Positions 30,241 through 40,723 are shown, numbered from the stretch's first letter. The stretch: DNA of 64,000 nucleotides from an uncultured Collinsella sp. (GCA_905205405.1 CAJLDK010000001.1:35392-99391); one strand, 5' to 3'. Numbers and translations are program-made. Notes: generated by a model not told the origin, from the sequence alone.

Positions 30241-31154
30241 TAGCGCACCTCGCTAGAATCGACGCCGGGCACGCGGCGGCAGGAATACTCGTCCGTGGCG
30301 AACTTGGGGATCTGCACGGTCTCGAGCTCGCGGGCAAGCGCGGCCGAAAGCTCGATGCCGGCGGCACGGCGCACAGCCTGGATGGCGAGCGGGGCAGAGA
30401 TGCGGCGGCGGTAGTCGGCCGAGCCCCACAGGTTGGTGCCGTAGCTCAGCGAGCGCACGGATGCGGCCAGGGCGCGAAGCTCGTCCTCGGAAGGATGCTC
30501 GTTCACCAGGCCGCACGCCTCGCCCTGCAGCAGAGTCGCGTGCAGCGGGCGGGCGCCCACGGTGACGTGCCAGGTGTTGTCCCACCAGGCGGCGGTGACG
30601 TTCAGCGAGGGGAAGTCGGTCGCGGCCTTGCGCACGGCCTCGTAGCTCGCGCGGTAATCATGCTTGACGACCACGACGTGCTCGATCACGTCGCGCACAT
30701 AGCCCATATCCACGAACTCCGCGAGCGGCACGCGACCGGCGCCCGTCAGCTCAACATAGGAATCGAGCGCGAGAAAGGCGGAGAGAACGTCCGAGAAGCC
30801 AAAGCGGCCGTAGATGCTGCCGCCCACCGTGGCGGTGTTGCGCAGCTGCACGCCCACGATGTCGTGGACGGCGAACTCAAAGACATTATTGACAAGCGCG
30901 TTGAGCCCGGCATGACGCTCGAGCTGGCGCAGGGTGCACATGGCACCGATGCGAAACTCGGTCTCGGTCTCCTCGATATGATCGAGTCCGCAGGCCGAAA
31001 GGTCAATCGCCGTCGCCACGCGACGCGAACCCAGGCGCATCCAGATGCCGCCGCCCACAATCTTGTTGTTGCGGTTCTTCTGCAAGAGCTCATAGGCTTC
31101 GGCCGCGTTTCCAACACGGACGTAGGTACCGAACTTGAGCACGTTCTCCCCCAT
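30240..31154 (-). CDS. FAD-binding subunit of the molybdopterin dehydrogenase (CoxM/XdhB-like)
   Basis: 304 aa with an FAD_binding_5 and CO_deh_flav_C-like pattern. Stop/start is coupled with the catalytic subunit. Confidence 0.75.
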   Translation of the reverse strand: MGENVLKFGTYVRVGNAAEAYELLQKNRNNKIVGGGIWMRLGSRRVATAIDLSACGLDHIEETETEFRIGAMCTLRQLERHAGLNALVNNVFEFAVHDIVGVQLRNTATVGGSIYGRFGFSDVLSAFLALDSYVELTGAGRVPLAEFVDMGYVRDVIEHVVVVKHDYRASYEAVRKAATDFPSLNVTAAWWDNTWHVTVGARPLHATLLQGEACGLVNEHPSEDELRALAASVRSLSYGTNLWGSADYRRRISAPLAIQAVRRAAGIELSAALARELETVQIPKFATDEYSCRRVPGVDSSEVR

Positions 31155-31268
31155 CTCTTCACTTGTCCAGTACCTTTAAGTGTACCAAACGAGGGGGCAC
31201 AGCTCGTGTCGGGACAAAATGAACCGTTTTCCTCCGTCGCATGCGGATCAAAAAAGGCTCCCAGCCAA

Positions 31269-31302
31269 GATGACTGGGAGCCTTCTGCGATGCTATGTCG
31301 AG
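31269..31302 (-). terminator. Terminator of gdhA
   Basis: GGCTCCCAG-N9-CTGGGAGCC followed by T6 on the minus strand. Confidence 0.7.
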
Positions 31303-31309
31303 CGAAGAT

Positions 31310-32665
31310 TTAGCAGACGCCCTGGGCGAGCATGGCGTCGGCGACCTTCAGGAAGCCGGCGATGTTGGCGCCCATGACGAAGTTGCCCTCCTCGCCGTAC
31401 TCCTTGGCGGTGTCGTCCACGTTGTGGAACATGCCGCGCATGAGCTGCTCGAGCTTGCCGTCGACCTCCTCGAAGGTCCAGGACAGGTGCTCGGCGTTCT
31501 GGCTCATCTCCAGGCCGGACACGAGCACGCCACCGGCGTTGGCAGCCTTGCCGGGCATAAAGGCGACGCCGTTCTCCTGGAAGTAGGTCGTGGCCTCGAT
31601 GGTCGTGGGCATGTTCGCGCCCTCGCCGACCACCTTGCAGCCGTTGGCGACGAGCGCCTGGGCGTCCTCGAGCAGCAGCGTGTTCTCGCGAGCGCAGGGC
31701 AGCGCGATGTCGCAGGGAAGCTGCCACACGCCACGGCCGTCGCCCTCGTGCCACGTGGCATTGGGCTTCTCGTCGACGTACATAGCGAGCGTGACGCCCT
31801 TGTCGTGGCCAGAGCGCTTCTTGTTGTAGACATGCTCGAGCACGGTGTAGTCGATGCCGTCGGGATCCTCGACCCAGCCGTGGGTGTCGGAGCAGGCCAG
31901 CACCTTGCCGCCGAGCTGGGCGACCTTCTGGACCGCGTAGATGGCGACGTTACCGGAGCCGTGAACGACGACGTTCTTGCCCTCGAAGGAATCGCCGCGG
32001 CTCTTGAGGTACTCGTCCACAAAGTAGACCAGACCGTAGCCGGTGGCCTCGGTACGGGCGAGCGAGCCGCCAAAGGAGAGGCCCTTGCCGGTGAGGACGC
32101 CGGTCCACTCGTTGGTCAGGCGCTTGTACTGACCGAACATGTAGGCAACCTCGCGGCCGCCAACGCCCAGGTCGCCGGCGGGAACGTCGGTGTTGGGGCC
32201 GATGTGGCGATAGAGCTCGGTCATGAAGGACTGGCAGAAATGCATGATCTCGTTGTTGGACTTGCCCTTGGGGTCAAAGTCGGAGCCGCCCTTGCCGCCG
32301 CCCATGGGAAGGGTGGTCAGGCTGTTCTTGAGGATCTGCTCCAGACCCAGGAACTTGAGCATACCCAGGGTGACCGTCGGGTTAAAGCGCAGACCGCCCT
32401 TGTAGGGTCCAATGGCAGAGTTGAACTCGACACGATAGCCGCGGTTGACCTGAACCTTGCCCTGGTCATCGACCCAGGGGACACGGAACATAACGATGCG
32501 CTCGGGCTCGACGAGGCGCTCAAGCAGGGCGGCCTCCTCGTACTCGGGATGGGCGTCGAGCGCCGGCTGGATGGTGCCGAGGATCTCGGTCGCGGCCTGG
32601 ATGAACTCAGGCTGCTCGGGATAGCGGGCCTTGAGCTCGTCGAGAACTTTCTGCGTGTAGCTCAT
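31310..32665 (-). CDS. gdhA: NADP-specific glutamate dehydrogenase
   Basis: MSYTQKVLDEL...GGLRFNPTVTLGMLKFLGLEQILKNSLTTLPMGGGKGGSDFDPKG. Start at 32665 with a GGAGGA SD. Confidence 0.95.
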   Translation of the reverse strand: MSYTQKVLDELKARYPEQPEFIQAATEILGTIQPALDAHPEYEEAALLERLVEPERIVMFRVPWVDDQGKVQVNRGYRVEFNSAIGPYKGGLRFNPTVTLGMLKFLGLEQILKNSLTTLPMGGGKGGSDFDPKGKSNNEIMHFCQSFMTELYRHIGPNTDVPAGDLGVGGREVAYMFGQYKRLTNEWTGVLTGKGLSFGGSLARTEATGYGLVYFVDEYLKSRGDSFEGKNVVVHGSGNVAIYAVQKVAQLGGKVLACSDTHGWVEDPDGIDYTVLEHVYNKKRSGHDKGVTLAMYVDEKPNATWHEGDGRGVWQLPCDIALPCARENTLLLEDAQALVANGCKVVGEGANMPTTIEATTYFQENGVAFMPGKAANAGGVLVSGLEMSQNAEHLSWTFEEVDGKLEQLMRGMFHNVDDTAKEYGEEGNFVMGANIAGFLKVADAMLAQGVC

Positions 32666-32927
32666 GCTTCCTCCAATTGATGGAAAAGAAAGGTGTCGTT
32701 CGCGGCGCCTCATACGCCGCGAGCTTTATCGAGTATGGATAATATCGCACTGTTGCAGCAAAGTTTCGCATAAGCCGACGAGCAGATGTTTCGTTTTGAT
32801 TACGATGCAGGTAGAAGCGTTTTTGAGCACCCGACGTACAAATCGCGTGTTTCGAAGCTGTTTCGTCCGCATGGTCCATACCACCACAAAGAGGACAGGC
32901 ACCTTTGTGGTGGTTGGCAGGATGCGT

Positions 32928-33024
32928 TGGCGGGAACGTATGTGAATCGAACACATCCAAGACGTTTTGCACGCCTCACAACGGTTTTGAGGACCGCGGG
33001 GCCCACCGGAGCCCATCCGTTCCC
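32928..33024 (-). tRNA. selC: tRNA-Sec (selC): anticodon TCA, 8-bp acceptor stem, long variable arm
   Basis: GGGAACGGATGGGCTCCGGTGGGCCCCGCGGTCCTCAAAACCGTTGTGAGGCGTGCAAAACGTCTTGGATGTGTTCGATTCACATACGTTCCCGCCA, immediately upstream of selB. Confidence 0.8.
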
Positions 33025-33086
33025 AAACGTGGCGGTATTTTACCAAACCCAACAGACCACAACCGAAAAGAGCGATGCGGAAACCG

Positions 33087-35051
33087 CTAACGCAGCGATC
33101 TCAGACCGCCGGCCTCCTTGTCGAGTACTGTAAAGCGCACGGCATCCAGGTGCTCCAAGATGCTAATGGTTCGTTTGCGCGACACGCCCAGGGCTTCGCG
33201 CAGCACACTCGTGGTGGCGGCGCCGCCAGCAGCCTCGATAGCCGTCGCAACAACCTCACGCGCATGGGCCTCGGCAGCGGCGGACAAGGCAACGTCGCGC
33301 TCGACCTTAACGATCGAGTGGTTGAGCGAAAGCTCGCGCAGTGCACGCGTCATGGTGTCGCGATCGAGCTGCAACTGTTCGCTCACCTCGGGAAGCGTCG
33401 GCGCATTAAGACCGGCCTCATCCAGCAGGGCCACGATACGCTGGCCAGCCTCGCGCACCACGCGTATCGCCGCGGCGGCGGAATGCGGGTCGAACACCTC
33501 GGCACCGTCGACGGCGCACACGCCACGTGCACAGCCCTCGGCAATAAGTGCCATCGCGACATCGTTACCGGCGCCCGGCCAAGCCGCGTGCGCGACCGCA
33601 CCGGACGTAAAGCCGATCTCCTTGGGAGCCGCCGCGTGCATGGAGGACAAGGCCGCAGCCAGCACATCCATTGCAGCATCGAGAGCCGAGGCATCTGCGT
33701 AGAGCACCGCACCGCCCGCAGCAAGCTCGCACACGGCAGCCTGGTCCACAAGCCCACGCAAAACGATCTCGACCTCGCCGGTAACAAGATCGAGCGCTGC
33801 GGCAACACCGGCAGCAGCAACAGGCAGCGTTTGCAGCGCCAGCCACGCGTGTACGCCGTCCGCGACATCTCCGGACTCAAGCGCCGCATACAACGCGCGC
33901 TCCCCCGCCGACAGGACCCGCGCGCGGCGACAGCGCGATAGCAGGACGCGTCCGCCGCCAAGCAGCGAAATCGGCGAATACGACAGAATGACGGCATGAT
34001 CGCCGGCGCGCAACGGCAGCGGCCGTTCCAGGCGCACCTGCACCACACGCGTCTCGCCGACCGCAATAGGCGGCTCGTCGTCTAAAAGCATAATGCGGCC
34101 GAGCACCTCAGCCGTGCCCGCCATAACGTGCACGCGTGTACCCGAAGCAAGAACGCCGGCTCGCACGCCATCGCGCCCCACATATGTCAGTTGCATCAAA
34201 AAGCGCAGCGTCTGGCCCACGCGACCCTCGACGCCGAGCATCTCGCCGCGCTTGAGGCCCGCCACGCCATCGCCCACCAGGTTCAGGGCGACGCGCTGGC
34301 CGGGAACCGCGCACTGGGTATCCCCGTGAACCTGCACCCCGCGCACGCGACAGCGCGTTTGCGACGGCAGCGCAACGAGCTCATCGCCAACCGAAACGGG
34401 ACCGTCGTGCAGCGTACCCGTCACGACGGTTCCGGTGCCGAGGATGCTAAAGCAACGGTCGATGGGAAGACGGGGCGCGGCGCCCGAGCCAGCGGTCGCC
34501 TCCAGATGCTCCGACCAGCACGAACAAACCGTGTTATCGAGCGTCGTAAGCAGCTCGTCCAGGCCCTCGCCCGTCTTGGAGGACACCGGCACTATAGAGG
34601 CACCCGCAAACACGGTCCCGTCCAGAAACGCCTCGACATCGAGCTCCGCCAGCGCGGCAATCTCGTGGTCGGCCAAATCGCGCATCGTGAGTGCGACGAC
34701 CATGCGCGTCACACCCAACAGCTCCAGAACCCGAACGTGCTCGCGGGTCTGCGGCATCACGCCCTCAACGGCCGAAACCGCCAGCAACGCAACGTCCACG
34801 CCGGTGGCGCCCTGCACCATGGCGCGCAGATAGTGCGCATGCCCGGGTACGTCGACCAAGCCGACAAGCTTGCCGCTGGGAAGCTCGAGCTCGCCAAAGC
34901 CGAGCTCAGTGGTCATGCCTCGGCGCCGTTCGACCTCCAGACGGTCGGGATTTTTGCCGGTCAGCGCCTCGATAAGGGCCGACTTTCCGTGGTCGACGTG
35001 TCCTGCCGTTCCGACGATAACGGGACATTCGACAAGCTCGCGCGCGGTCAT
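33087..35051 (-). CDS. selB: Selenocysteine-specific translation elongation factor SelB
   Basis: GTPase domain (GHVDHGKS, DVPGH) and long winged-helix C-terminal domains. Start overlaps the selA stop as ATGA. Confidence 0.9.
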   Translation of the reverse strand: MTARELVECPVIVGTAGHVDHGKSALIEALTGKNPDRLEVERRRGMTTELGFGELELPSGKLVGLVDVPGHAHYLRAMVQGATGVDVALLAVSAVEGVMPQTREHVRVLELLGVTRMVVALTMRDLADHEIAALAELDVEAFLDGTVFAGASIVPVSSKTGEGLDELLTTLDNTVCSCWSEHLEATAGSGAAPRLPIDRCFSILGTGTVVTGTLHDGPVSVGDELVALPSQTRCRVRGVQVHGDTQCAVPGQRVALNLVGDGVAGLKRGEMLGVEGRVGQTLRFLMQLTYVGRDGVRAGVLASGTRVHVMAGTAEVLGRIMLLDDEPPIAVGETRVVQVRLERPLPLRAGDHAVILSYSPISLLGGGRVLLSRCRRARVLSAGERALYAALESGDVADGVHAWLALQTLPVAAAGVAAALDLVTGEVEIVLRGLVDQAAVCELAAGGAVLYADASALDAAMDVLAAALSSMHAAAPKEIGFTSGAVAHAAWPGAGNDVAMALIAEGCARGVCAVDGAEVFDPHSAAAAIRVVREAGQRIVALLDEAGLNAPTLPEVSEQLQLDRDTMTRALRELSLNHSIVKVERDVALSAAAEAHAREVVATAIEAAGGAATTSVLREALGVSRKRTISILEHLDAVRFTVLDKEAGGLRSLR

Positions 35052-36505
35052 CGACGCAAACCTGCCCGCACGGCATCCGCCAACGCAGACGCACACAGGT
35101 CAAGGTCGGTGTCGCGCAAAAGCGTGCGAACGTCAAACAGCACCTGGTCGTGGCGCACACGCGTCACAACCGGCGTATCGGGCTCCTGTACCATAGCGCG
35201 CTTTAGGCCATCGGCGGATAGACGCCCATCGACGGGACAGACGGCAACGCAAAAAGTTGGGAGCTCGACGGTCGGCAGCGAACCGCCGCCCGGAGCAGAC
35301 ACGCCCTCGACAACCTGCAGCTCCACCGCCTCCTCACACTGAGACTCGCGAAGCTTGCGCAGCATGCGGTCATGCAGGCGCTTGGCCTGACGCTCGAGCG
35401 GAGCCGGCGCGCCGGAAAGCATGTTGAGCACCGGGATCTCCCGACGCGCTGTATCGGATCCGGTCACATACAGGCGCAAAGTGGCCTCGAGCGCCGCGAG
35501 CGTGAGCTTGCCGGGGCGAAGCGCGCGCATAAGCGGATGCGAGGCACAGGCGGCGATTACCTGGGCGCTACCGAGAATAATGCCCGCTTGCGAGGCGCCG
35601 AGCAGCTTGTCGCCCGAGCACGAGACGACGTCAACGCCGGCGCAAAGCGAGGCGGGCGTGGGCTTCTCCCCAGCATCGACGAGCACCTCATCTGTAAGCA
35701 AAGCGCCCGAGCCCTGGTCCTCGTACAGTAACAGCCCGTGCTCATGCGCCAGCGCAGAAAGCTCCGCCGCGGAAACCTCCTCGTGGAAACCCTCGATACG
35801 GTAGTTAGAAGGATGAACTTTCAAGATCATCGCCGTATTGGGCGTAATGGCGCTTCGGTAATCATCCAGATGCGTGCGGTTGGTGGAGCCCACCTCGACA
35901 AGCTTGGCACCCGAAGCCGCCATGATATCGGGAATGCGGAAGCTGCCGCCCACCTCGACAAGCTCGCCACGGCTCACGATGACCTCTTTGCCGCTTGCAT
36001 GCGCGGCAAGCACCAGCAGCACCGCCGCGGCGTTGTTGTTGACAACCAGGGCGTCCTGCGCCCCCGTGAGCGTGCGCAGCAGACGCGCGGCATGCTCTTT
36101 GCGGCCCCCACGGGCACAGGTCGCGACGTCATACTCAAGCGTGCTGTAGCCGCGGGCGACATCGGCCACCGCCTGCACCGCTGCGGGAGCAAGCGGAGCA
36201 CGGCCCAGATTGGTGTGAATCACAACGCCCGACGCGTTGACGGCAGGGCGCAGGGTCGGCAGCGACAGTCGGTGGCACCGCTGCTCGATGGCCAAGGCGA
36301 GCTCGCGCTTATTCCTAGCGGGGACGCCAGAGCGAATCGCCTCGCGCTCGGCATCGAGCTCGGCATCAATCGCCTCGCGCACAATCATGTCGCCCGCATC
36401 GCCGGCAGCCTTCATGACCGGCCACTCGGCCAGCAGCTCGTGAACGGCGGGAATGGAGCGCAGGCGGTCGCGCACCTCGGCAGGCATGGATTCGCAGTCG
36501 CTCAT
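35048..36505 (-). CDS. selA: L-seryl-tRNA(Sec) selenium transferase SelA
   Basis: Fold-type I PLP enzyme with SelA-specific N-terminus (LRSIPAVHELL) and a GDKLLGASQAG lysine region. Confidence 0.9.
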   Translation of the reverse strand: MSDCESMPAEVRDRLRSIPAVHELLAEWPVMKAAGDAGDMIVREAIDAELDAEREAIRSGVPARNKRELALAIEQRCHRLSLPTLRPAVNASGVVIHTNLGRAPLAPAAVQAVADVARGYSTLEYDVATCARGGRKEHAARLLRTLTGAQDALVVNNNAAAVLLVLAAHASGKEVIVSRGELVEVGGSFRIPDIMAASGAKLVEVGSTNRTHLDDYRSAITPNTAMILKVHPSNYRIEGFHEEVSAAELSALAHEHGLLLYEDQGSGALLTDEVLVDAGEKPTPASLCAGVDVVSCSGDKLLGASQAGIILGSAQVIAACASHPLMRALRPGKLTLAALEATLRLYVTGSDTARREIPVLNMLSGAPAPLERQAKRLHDRMLRKLRESQCEEAVELQVVEGVSAPGGGSLPTVELPTFCVAVCPVDGRLSADGLKRAMVQEPDTPVVTRVRHDQVLFDVRTLLRDTDLDLCASALADAVRAGLRR

Positions 36506-36689
36506 GGAAAGCCTTTCGACATGTTCAATAAAAAGCGGGTCCCCTTTGTCGTCAGCAGCAAAATGCGGCAACGCACATGCAAAAAGGGACAGGTCCATTA
36601 TGGCAGCTCGTGACAAGACGGCGCAGCGCCTCGCTCAAAACCTGCCAAAATAAACCTGTCCCTTTTTGGTCGGTTATGGGTTGGGTCCT

Positions 36690-37526
36690 TTAGGACTCTT
36701 TGTTGGCGTAGATAAACCAGTAGCCCAGCGCCACGATCAGGGCGCCACCCACGATATTGCCCAGCGTGGCGACCGTAAGGTTGAGCGCCAACCCGGCAGC
36801 GTTGAGGGCATCGGCGCCAGCGACATCGGCTCCATAGCCGCAGGAGTGCATCAAAATACCCATGGGCAAAAAGTACATGTTGGCGACGCAGTGCTCAAAA
36901 CCGCAGGCCACAAAGGCAGCGATGGGCAGCAAAATGCCCACGACCTTGTCGACCACGGTCTTGCCGGCAGTGCCGATCCATACGGCCAGGCAGACAAAGA
37001 TGTTGCACAAAATGCCGCGGAAGAAGATGGTAACGGCGTCGATCGCAACCTTACCGGCGGCGACGCTCACCATGGTATTGGCGACGGCCTCGCCGTTGAG
37101 CTTATAAATAGCTGCCATGTAAATCAAAAAGACAACGAACAGGGCGCCGGCAAAGTTGCCGATCCACACAACAGCCCAAGCCTTGAACATCTGGACGAGC
37201 GTAATCTTTTTGCTCTTAAGCGCGCATACCATAAGCGAGTTACCGGTAAACAGCTCCGCGCCGCAAATGAGCACGAGCACCAGTCCCAGGCAAAAAGCAA
37301 GACCGCCCACGAAGCGCTGGGCGCCCCAGCCAAGCGTGGAATCGCTCAGAAAGACCGTGAAGAACAGGCCGCCGAAGGCGATAAACGCTCCGGCGAACAT
37401 GGCGAGCAAAAAGGCCTTCGAGACCGGCAGGTTGGCCTTGGTAACGCCGGCAGCCTCGGTCTTCGCCTCGATCGCGGCGGGCGCCAGACAATCGGGGGTG
37501 GGGTATTCTGCCTTACTCTGTGCCAT
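36690..37526 (-). CDS. Formate/nitrite transporter (FNT) family channel (FocA-like)
   Basis: 278 aa pentameric-channel family with a typical six-TM pattern and FNT signature regions (LVCALKS..., FVACGFEHCVANMYF). Confidence 0.85.
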   Translation of the reverse strand: MAQSKAEYPTPDCLAPAAIEAKTEAAGVTKANLPVSKAFLLAMFAGAFIAFGGLFFTVFLSDSTLGWGAQRFVGGLAFCLGLVLVLICGAELFTGNSLMVCALKSKKITLVQMFKAWAVVWIGNFAGALFVVFLIYMAAIYKLNGEAVANTMVSVAAGKVAIDAVTIFFRGILCNIFVCLAVWIGTAGKTVVDKVVGILLPIAAFVACGFEHCVANMYFLPMGILMHSCGYGADVAGADALNAAGLALNLTVATLGNIVGGALIVALGYWFIYANKES

Positions 37527-37641
37527 GGCAATCACTACTTTCTTACGATATGGGACAAGCGTTGCTCATGAACATGTCCCGCTGGGGTGGACAAAAACAA
37601 AACAGGCCAGAAGTAAACGTACCTCTGACCTGTAAATAGCA

Positions 37642-37715
37642 TGGAGCGGGCGACGGGAATCGAACCCGCGTCATCAGCTTGGAAGGCTGGGGTTCTACCA
37701 TTGAACTACGCCCGC
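37642..37715 (-). tRNA. tRNA-Gly (anticodon TCC)
   Basis: GCGGGCGTAGTTCAATGGTAGAACCCCAGCCTTCCAAGCTGATGACGCGGGTTCGATTCCCGTCGCCCGCTCCA. Confidence 0.85.
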
Positions 37716-37721
37716 AAGATA

Positions 37722-37798
37722 TGGTCGGGACGACAGGATTTGAACCTGCGACATCCTGCTCCCAAAGCAGGCGCGCTACCAAACTGCGCCACGTCCCG
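37722..37798 (-). tRNA. tRNA-Pro (anticodon TGG)
   Basis: CGGGACGTGGCGCAGTTTGGTAGCGCGCCTGCTTTGGGAGCAGGATGTCGCAGGTTCAAATCCTGTCGTCCCGACCA. Confidence 0.85.
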
Positions 37799-37889
37799 AA
37801 GGTGTTGAGCAGCTAAGGTCTAAACCTTGCGTGTCCCAAAGCGAAGGAAATTATAGGGGAGACTCCCCGCCTGTGCAAGCATTGATGCC

Positions 37890-39248
37890 TTAGCTCCTCG
37901 AATGTGCGACAAAACGACTATGGAGCAGACCGATCACAAATGCCACCACGGCAACCGGCGCCCACGCGGCACCGATATCCGCCAGCGGCAGCGCATCGAA
38001 CGGCAACCACGCGCCCGCAAAGAATGCGTCGCGGACCGAGGTGATCACGCTCTGCACCGCGACCACACCGCCAACCCAGACCCACACCTGCGGATGAGCG
38101 TCGCAAAAGCCGTGCACCAGGCCCATCAGTACCAGCACGATGGCAACGGGATACAAGGCGTTGAGCATAGGCACCGAGAACATGAGGATCACGTCGAGAC
38201 CCACGTTGGAGAGCACGCACGAAAACGCTGCGAACACAAAGGCGAGAACCGCAAAGGGGCGGCGCATGGCCTCCTCAGAGGCCTCCGCTCCCCCTTCGAC
38301 CACATACGTCTCGCAGAAGTAACGCGAGCAGCAGCTGATGAGGCCGATGCACACGTTCATGCAGGCGAGGAAGAAGATGGCGAAGACCACGACCGTGCCG
38401 GCAAGCCCAAAATGCATGGAGGCCGAACGGGCGAGGATGGCGGCGCCGTTGGTAGCGTCGGGCATCACGGTGCCGAGCTGCATACCGGCAAGGCCCAAGC
38501 CGCAGTAGATGATGGCCATGAGTACGCCGGCGATCACACCGGAACGCGAAATCTCGAAGGCCACGCGCTTGTCATCGGTAACACCCAACTCGTGGATGGT
38601 CTCGGCGATGATGATGCCAAAGGCGAGCGACGCGAGCAGGTCCATGGTCTGATAGCCAGTCAGAAAGCCCTGCACGGCAGCGCCTGCATCGTAGGGGGCC
38701 TGCGGCGCGGCAGCGGGACCCAGCGGCGAGATCACGGCAGCACCAACGACCAGCACGATGAGCGCAATGAGCGCGGGGCCCGTAATGCGGCCGAGCACGT
38801 GTGTGATGACGCCCGGGCGCAGCGTGAGCGCAAACGCGACGACAAAGAAGCCGACGGCAAACACCAGGCGCGCCGTGCCGAGCGAGACGCCCTCGGGCAA
38901 CAGCGGCACCAGCATCTCGAAGGCCGTGGAGCTCGTGCGCGGAATAGCCAGGCACGGGCCGATGGCCAGATACACCGCCGCAACGAAGAATTCGCCGAAC
39001 TTGGGGTGCACGCGGCCAGCAAGCTCGCGCGCCGTTCCGGCAAGCGCCACGGCGATAAAGCCCATAACAGGCAGACCGATAGCGGCAATCAAAAAGCCGA
39101 TCATGGCAACCGGCGTGGCAGAACCTGCCTGCAGCGCCAGCAGCGGCGGAATAATGAGGTTACCGGCGCCAAAGAGCATCGAGAACAACGCAATGCCGAC
39201 GGTAACGACATGGTCGGAGCGCAAACCACGCGGGGCGGATGAGGCCAT
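37890..39248 (-). CDS. brnQ: Branched-chain amino acid transport system II carrier protein (LIVCS family)
   Basis: 12-TM protein with LFSMLFGAGNLIIPP...GPCLAIPRT motifs characteristic of BrnQ. Confidence 0.85.
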   Translation of the reverse strand: MASSAPRGLRSDHVVTVGIALFSMLFGAGNLIIPPLLALQAGSATPVAMIGFLIAAIGLPVMGFIAVALAGTARELAGRVHPKFGEFFVAAVYLAIGPCLAIPRTSSTAFEMLVPLLPEGVSLGTARLVFAVGFFVVAFALTLRPGVITHVLGRITGPALIALIVLVVGAAVISPLGPAAAPQAPYDAGAAVQGFLTGYQTMDLLASLAFGIIIAETIHELGVTDDKRVAFEISRSGVIAGVLMAIIYCGLGLAGMQLGTVMPDATNGAAILARSASMHFGLAGTVVVFAIFFLACMNVCIGLISCCSRYFCETYVVEGGAEASEEAMRRPFAVLAFVFAAFSCVLSNVGLDVILMFSVPMLNALYPVAIVLVLMGLVHGFCDAHPQVWVWVGGVVAVQSVITSVRDAFFAGAWLPFDALPLADIGAAWAPVAVVAFVIGLLHSRFVAHSRS

Positions 39249-39316
39249 AGGCACACCTTTCGGGTCGAAACAAAAACGGGACGGGCAAAAACACTCGTCC
39301 CGCAAGTATATACGCT

Positions 39317-40453
39317 TTAGCAGGCTAAATCGCGCAAAGCGTCAATCGCGATGTCGACTTCCTTATCCGTGTTGAAATACCCAAACGAGAAGCGGACGAC
39401 ACCCTGGCGCTCGGTCCCCAGCGCACGGTGCATGAGCGGAGCGCAATGGGCACCGGGGCGCGTCGCAATCCCCCACCCTTGCATGAGCGCGTCCGAGATC
39501 TCGGCAGAGTCGATATCACCCACGTTGAGTGAAACGATCGCCGAGCGCACGGGCTGGTCAAAGGCACCGTAGAGCTTGATCTCCGGGATTTCGCGCACGC
39601 CAGCGAGAAAGCGATCCGCCAGTGCTCGCTCATGCGCCGCAATCGCCTCGACCCCACCTTGGGCCTCGATAACGTCGAGGCCGGCGGAAAGGCCGGCGAT
39701 ACCGTGACCGTTGAGCGTGCCCGCCTCAAGACGCGTGGGCCACTCTTGCGGCTGCAGCGCATCGAAGCTGCGCACGCCCGTGCCACCCATGGCCCAAGGA
39801 GCCACGTCAATGCCTTCCGCCACGGCTAGGCCACCGGTCCCCTGCGGGCCCATGAGCCCCTTGTGGCCGGTAAAGCACACCACGTCGAGCCCCATGGCCT
39901 GCATATCGATATGCGCCGTACCGGCAGACTGCGAGGCATCGACGATCACAAGCGCACCCGCGGCATGTGCCAAGGCCGCCACGCGCGCAATGTCGACCGC
40001 GTTGCCGGTCACATTGGAGGCGTGCGTCACCACCACGGCACGTGTGCCCGGCGTCACCAGCCGCTCAAGCTCTTCGTAGTCGAGCGCACCGTTCGCGTCG
40101 CAGCCCGCATGCTCAACGGTCACGCCCTGCTCTGCCGCCAGGCGGTTGAGCGGACGCAACACGGAGTTGTGCTCGAGCACCGTCGTGACCACGCGGTCGC
40201 CGCGACGCACCACGCCATTGATGGCGGTGTTGAGCGCGGCCGTGGAATTAGGCGTAAGGCACACATGGTCCGCCCTCGGGCAGCCCAGCAAGCGCGCAAG
40301 CTTGGCGCGGCAGCCGTGAATCGTGCGCGCCGCGTCGAGCGCGCCCGACGTGGCACCGCGCCCGGCATTGCCGAGCGAACACATCGCCTGCGCCACGGCA
40401 TCGATGACCGTCTGCGGCTTGTGCATGGTCGTCGCCGCGTTATCCAGATAGAT
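39317..40453 (-). CDS. Class V aminotransferase (cysteine desulfurase/selenocysteine lyase-like)
   Basis: MIYLDNAATT...PLP-lysine region FTGHKGLMGPQGTGGL. Located in a selenium-utilisation cluster with yedF, DUF3343 and selD. Confidence 0.8.
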   Translation of the reverse strand: MYLDNAATTMHKPQTVIDAVAQAMCSLGNAGRGATSGALDAARTIHGCRAKLARLLGCPRADHVCLTPNSTAALNTAINGVVRRGDRVVTTVLEHNSVLRPLNRLAAEQGVTVEHAGCDANGALDYEELERLVTPGTRAVVVTHASNVTGNAVDIARVAALAHAAGALVIVDASQSAGTAHIDMQAMGLDVVCFTGHKGLMGPQGTGGLAVAEGIDVAPWAMGGTGVRSFDALQPQEWPTRLEAGTLNGHGIAGLSAGLDVIEAQGGVEAIAAHERALADRFLAGVREIPEIKLYGAFDQPVRSAIVSLNVGDIDSAEISDALMQGWGIATRPGAHCAPLMHRALGTERQGVVRFSFGYFNTDKEVDIAIDALRDLAC

Positions 40454-40704
40454 CATCGCACGACCTCCCACATATCAATCACGGTATAGCCCTCAGTGGG
40501 AACGCCCGCCGCGGCGAGCTCGCCGCGCAGCAGCTCCTCATCGGCAGGCAACGCTTTCCACGCCAGGCCACAGCCGGCAGCGACCTCCCCGGGCACGGGA
40601 ATCGTTCGCCCGGGAAGGCCGCGCTCGATGCACAGAGACTCGCAACCCATGGCGGCCGCCGTGGTGGGAAACGTGATGACAAGCGCCGGGCGTTTCTCCC
40701 TCAT
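40453..40704 (-). CDS. DUF3343-family small protein (putative Se/S carrier accessory)
   Basis: ~83 aa. Position between the desulfurase-like gene and yedF is typical for DUF3343. Confidence 0.55.
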   Translation of the reverse strand: MREKRPALVITFPTTAAAMGCESLCIERGLPGRTIPVPGEVAAGCGLAWKALPADEELLRGELAAAGVPTEGYTVIDMWEVVR

Positions 40705-40723
40705 GGCAACTCCAACCAATACG

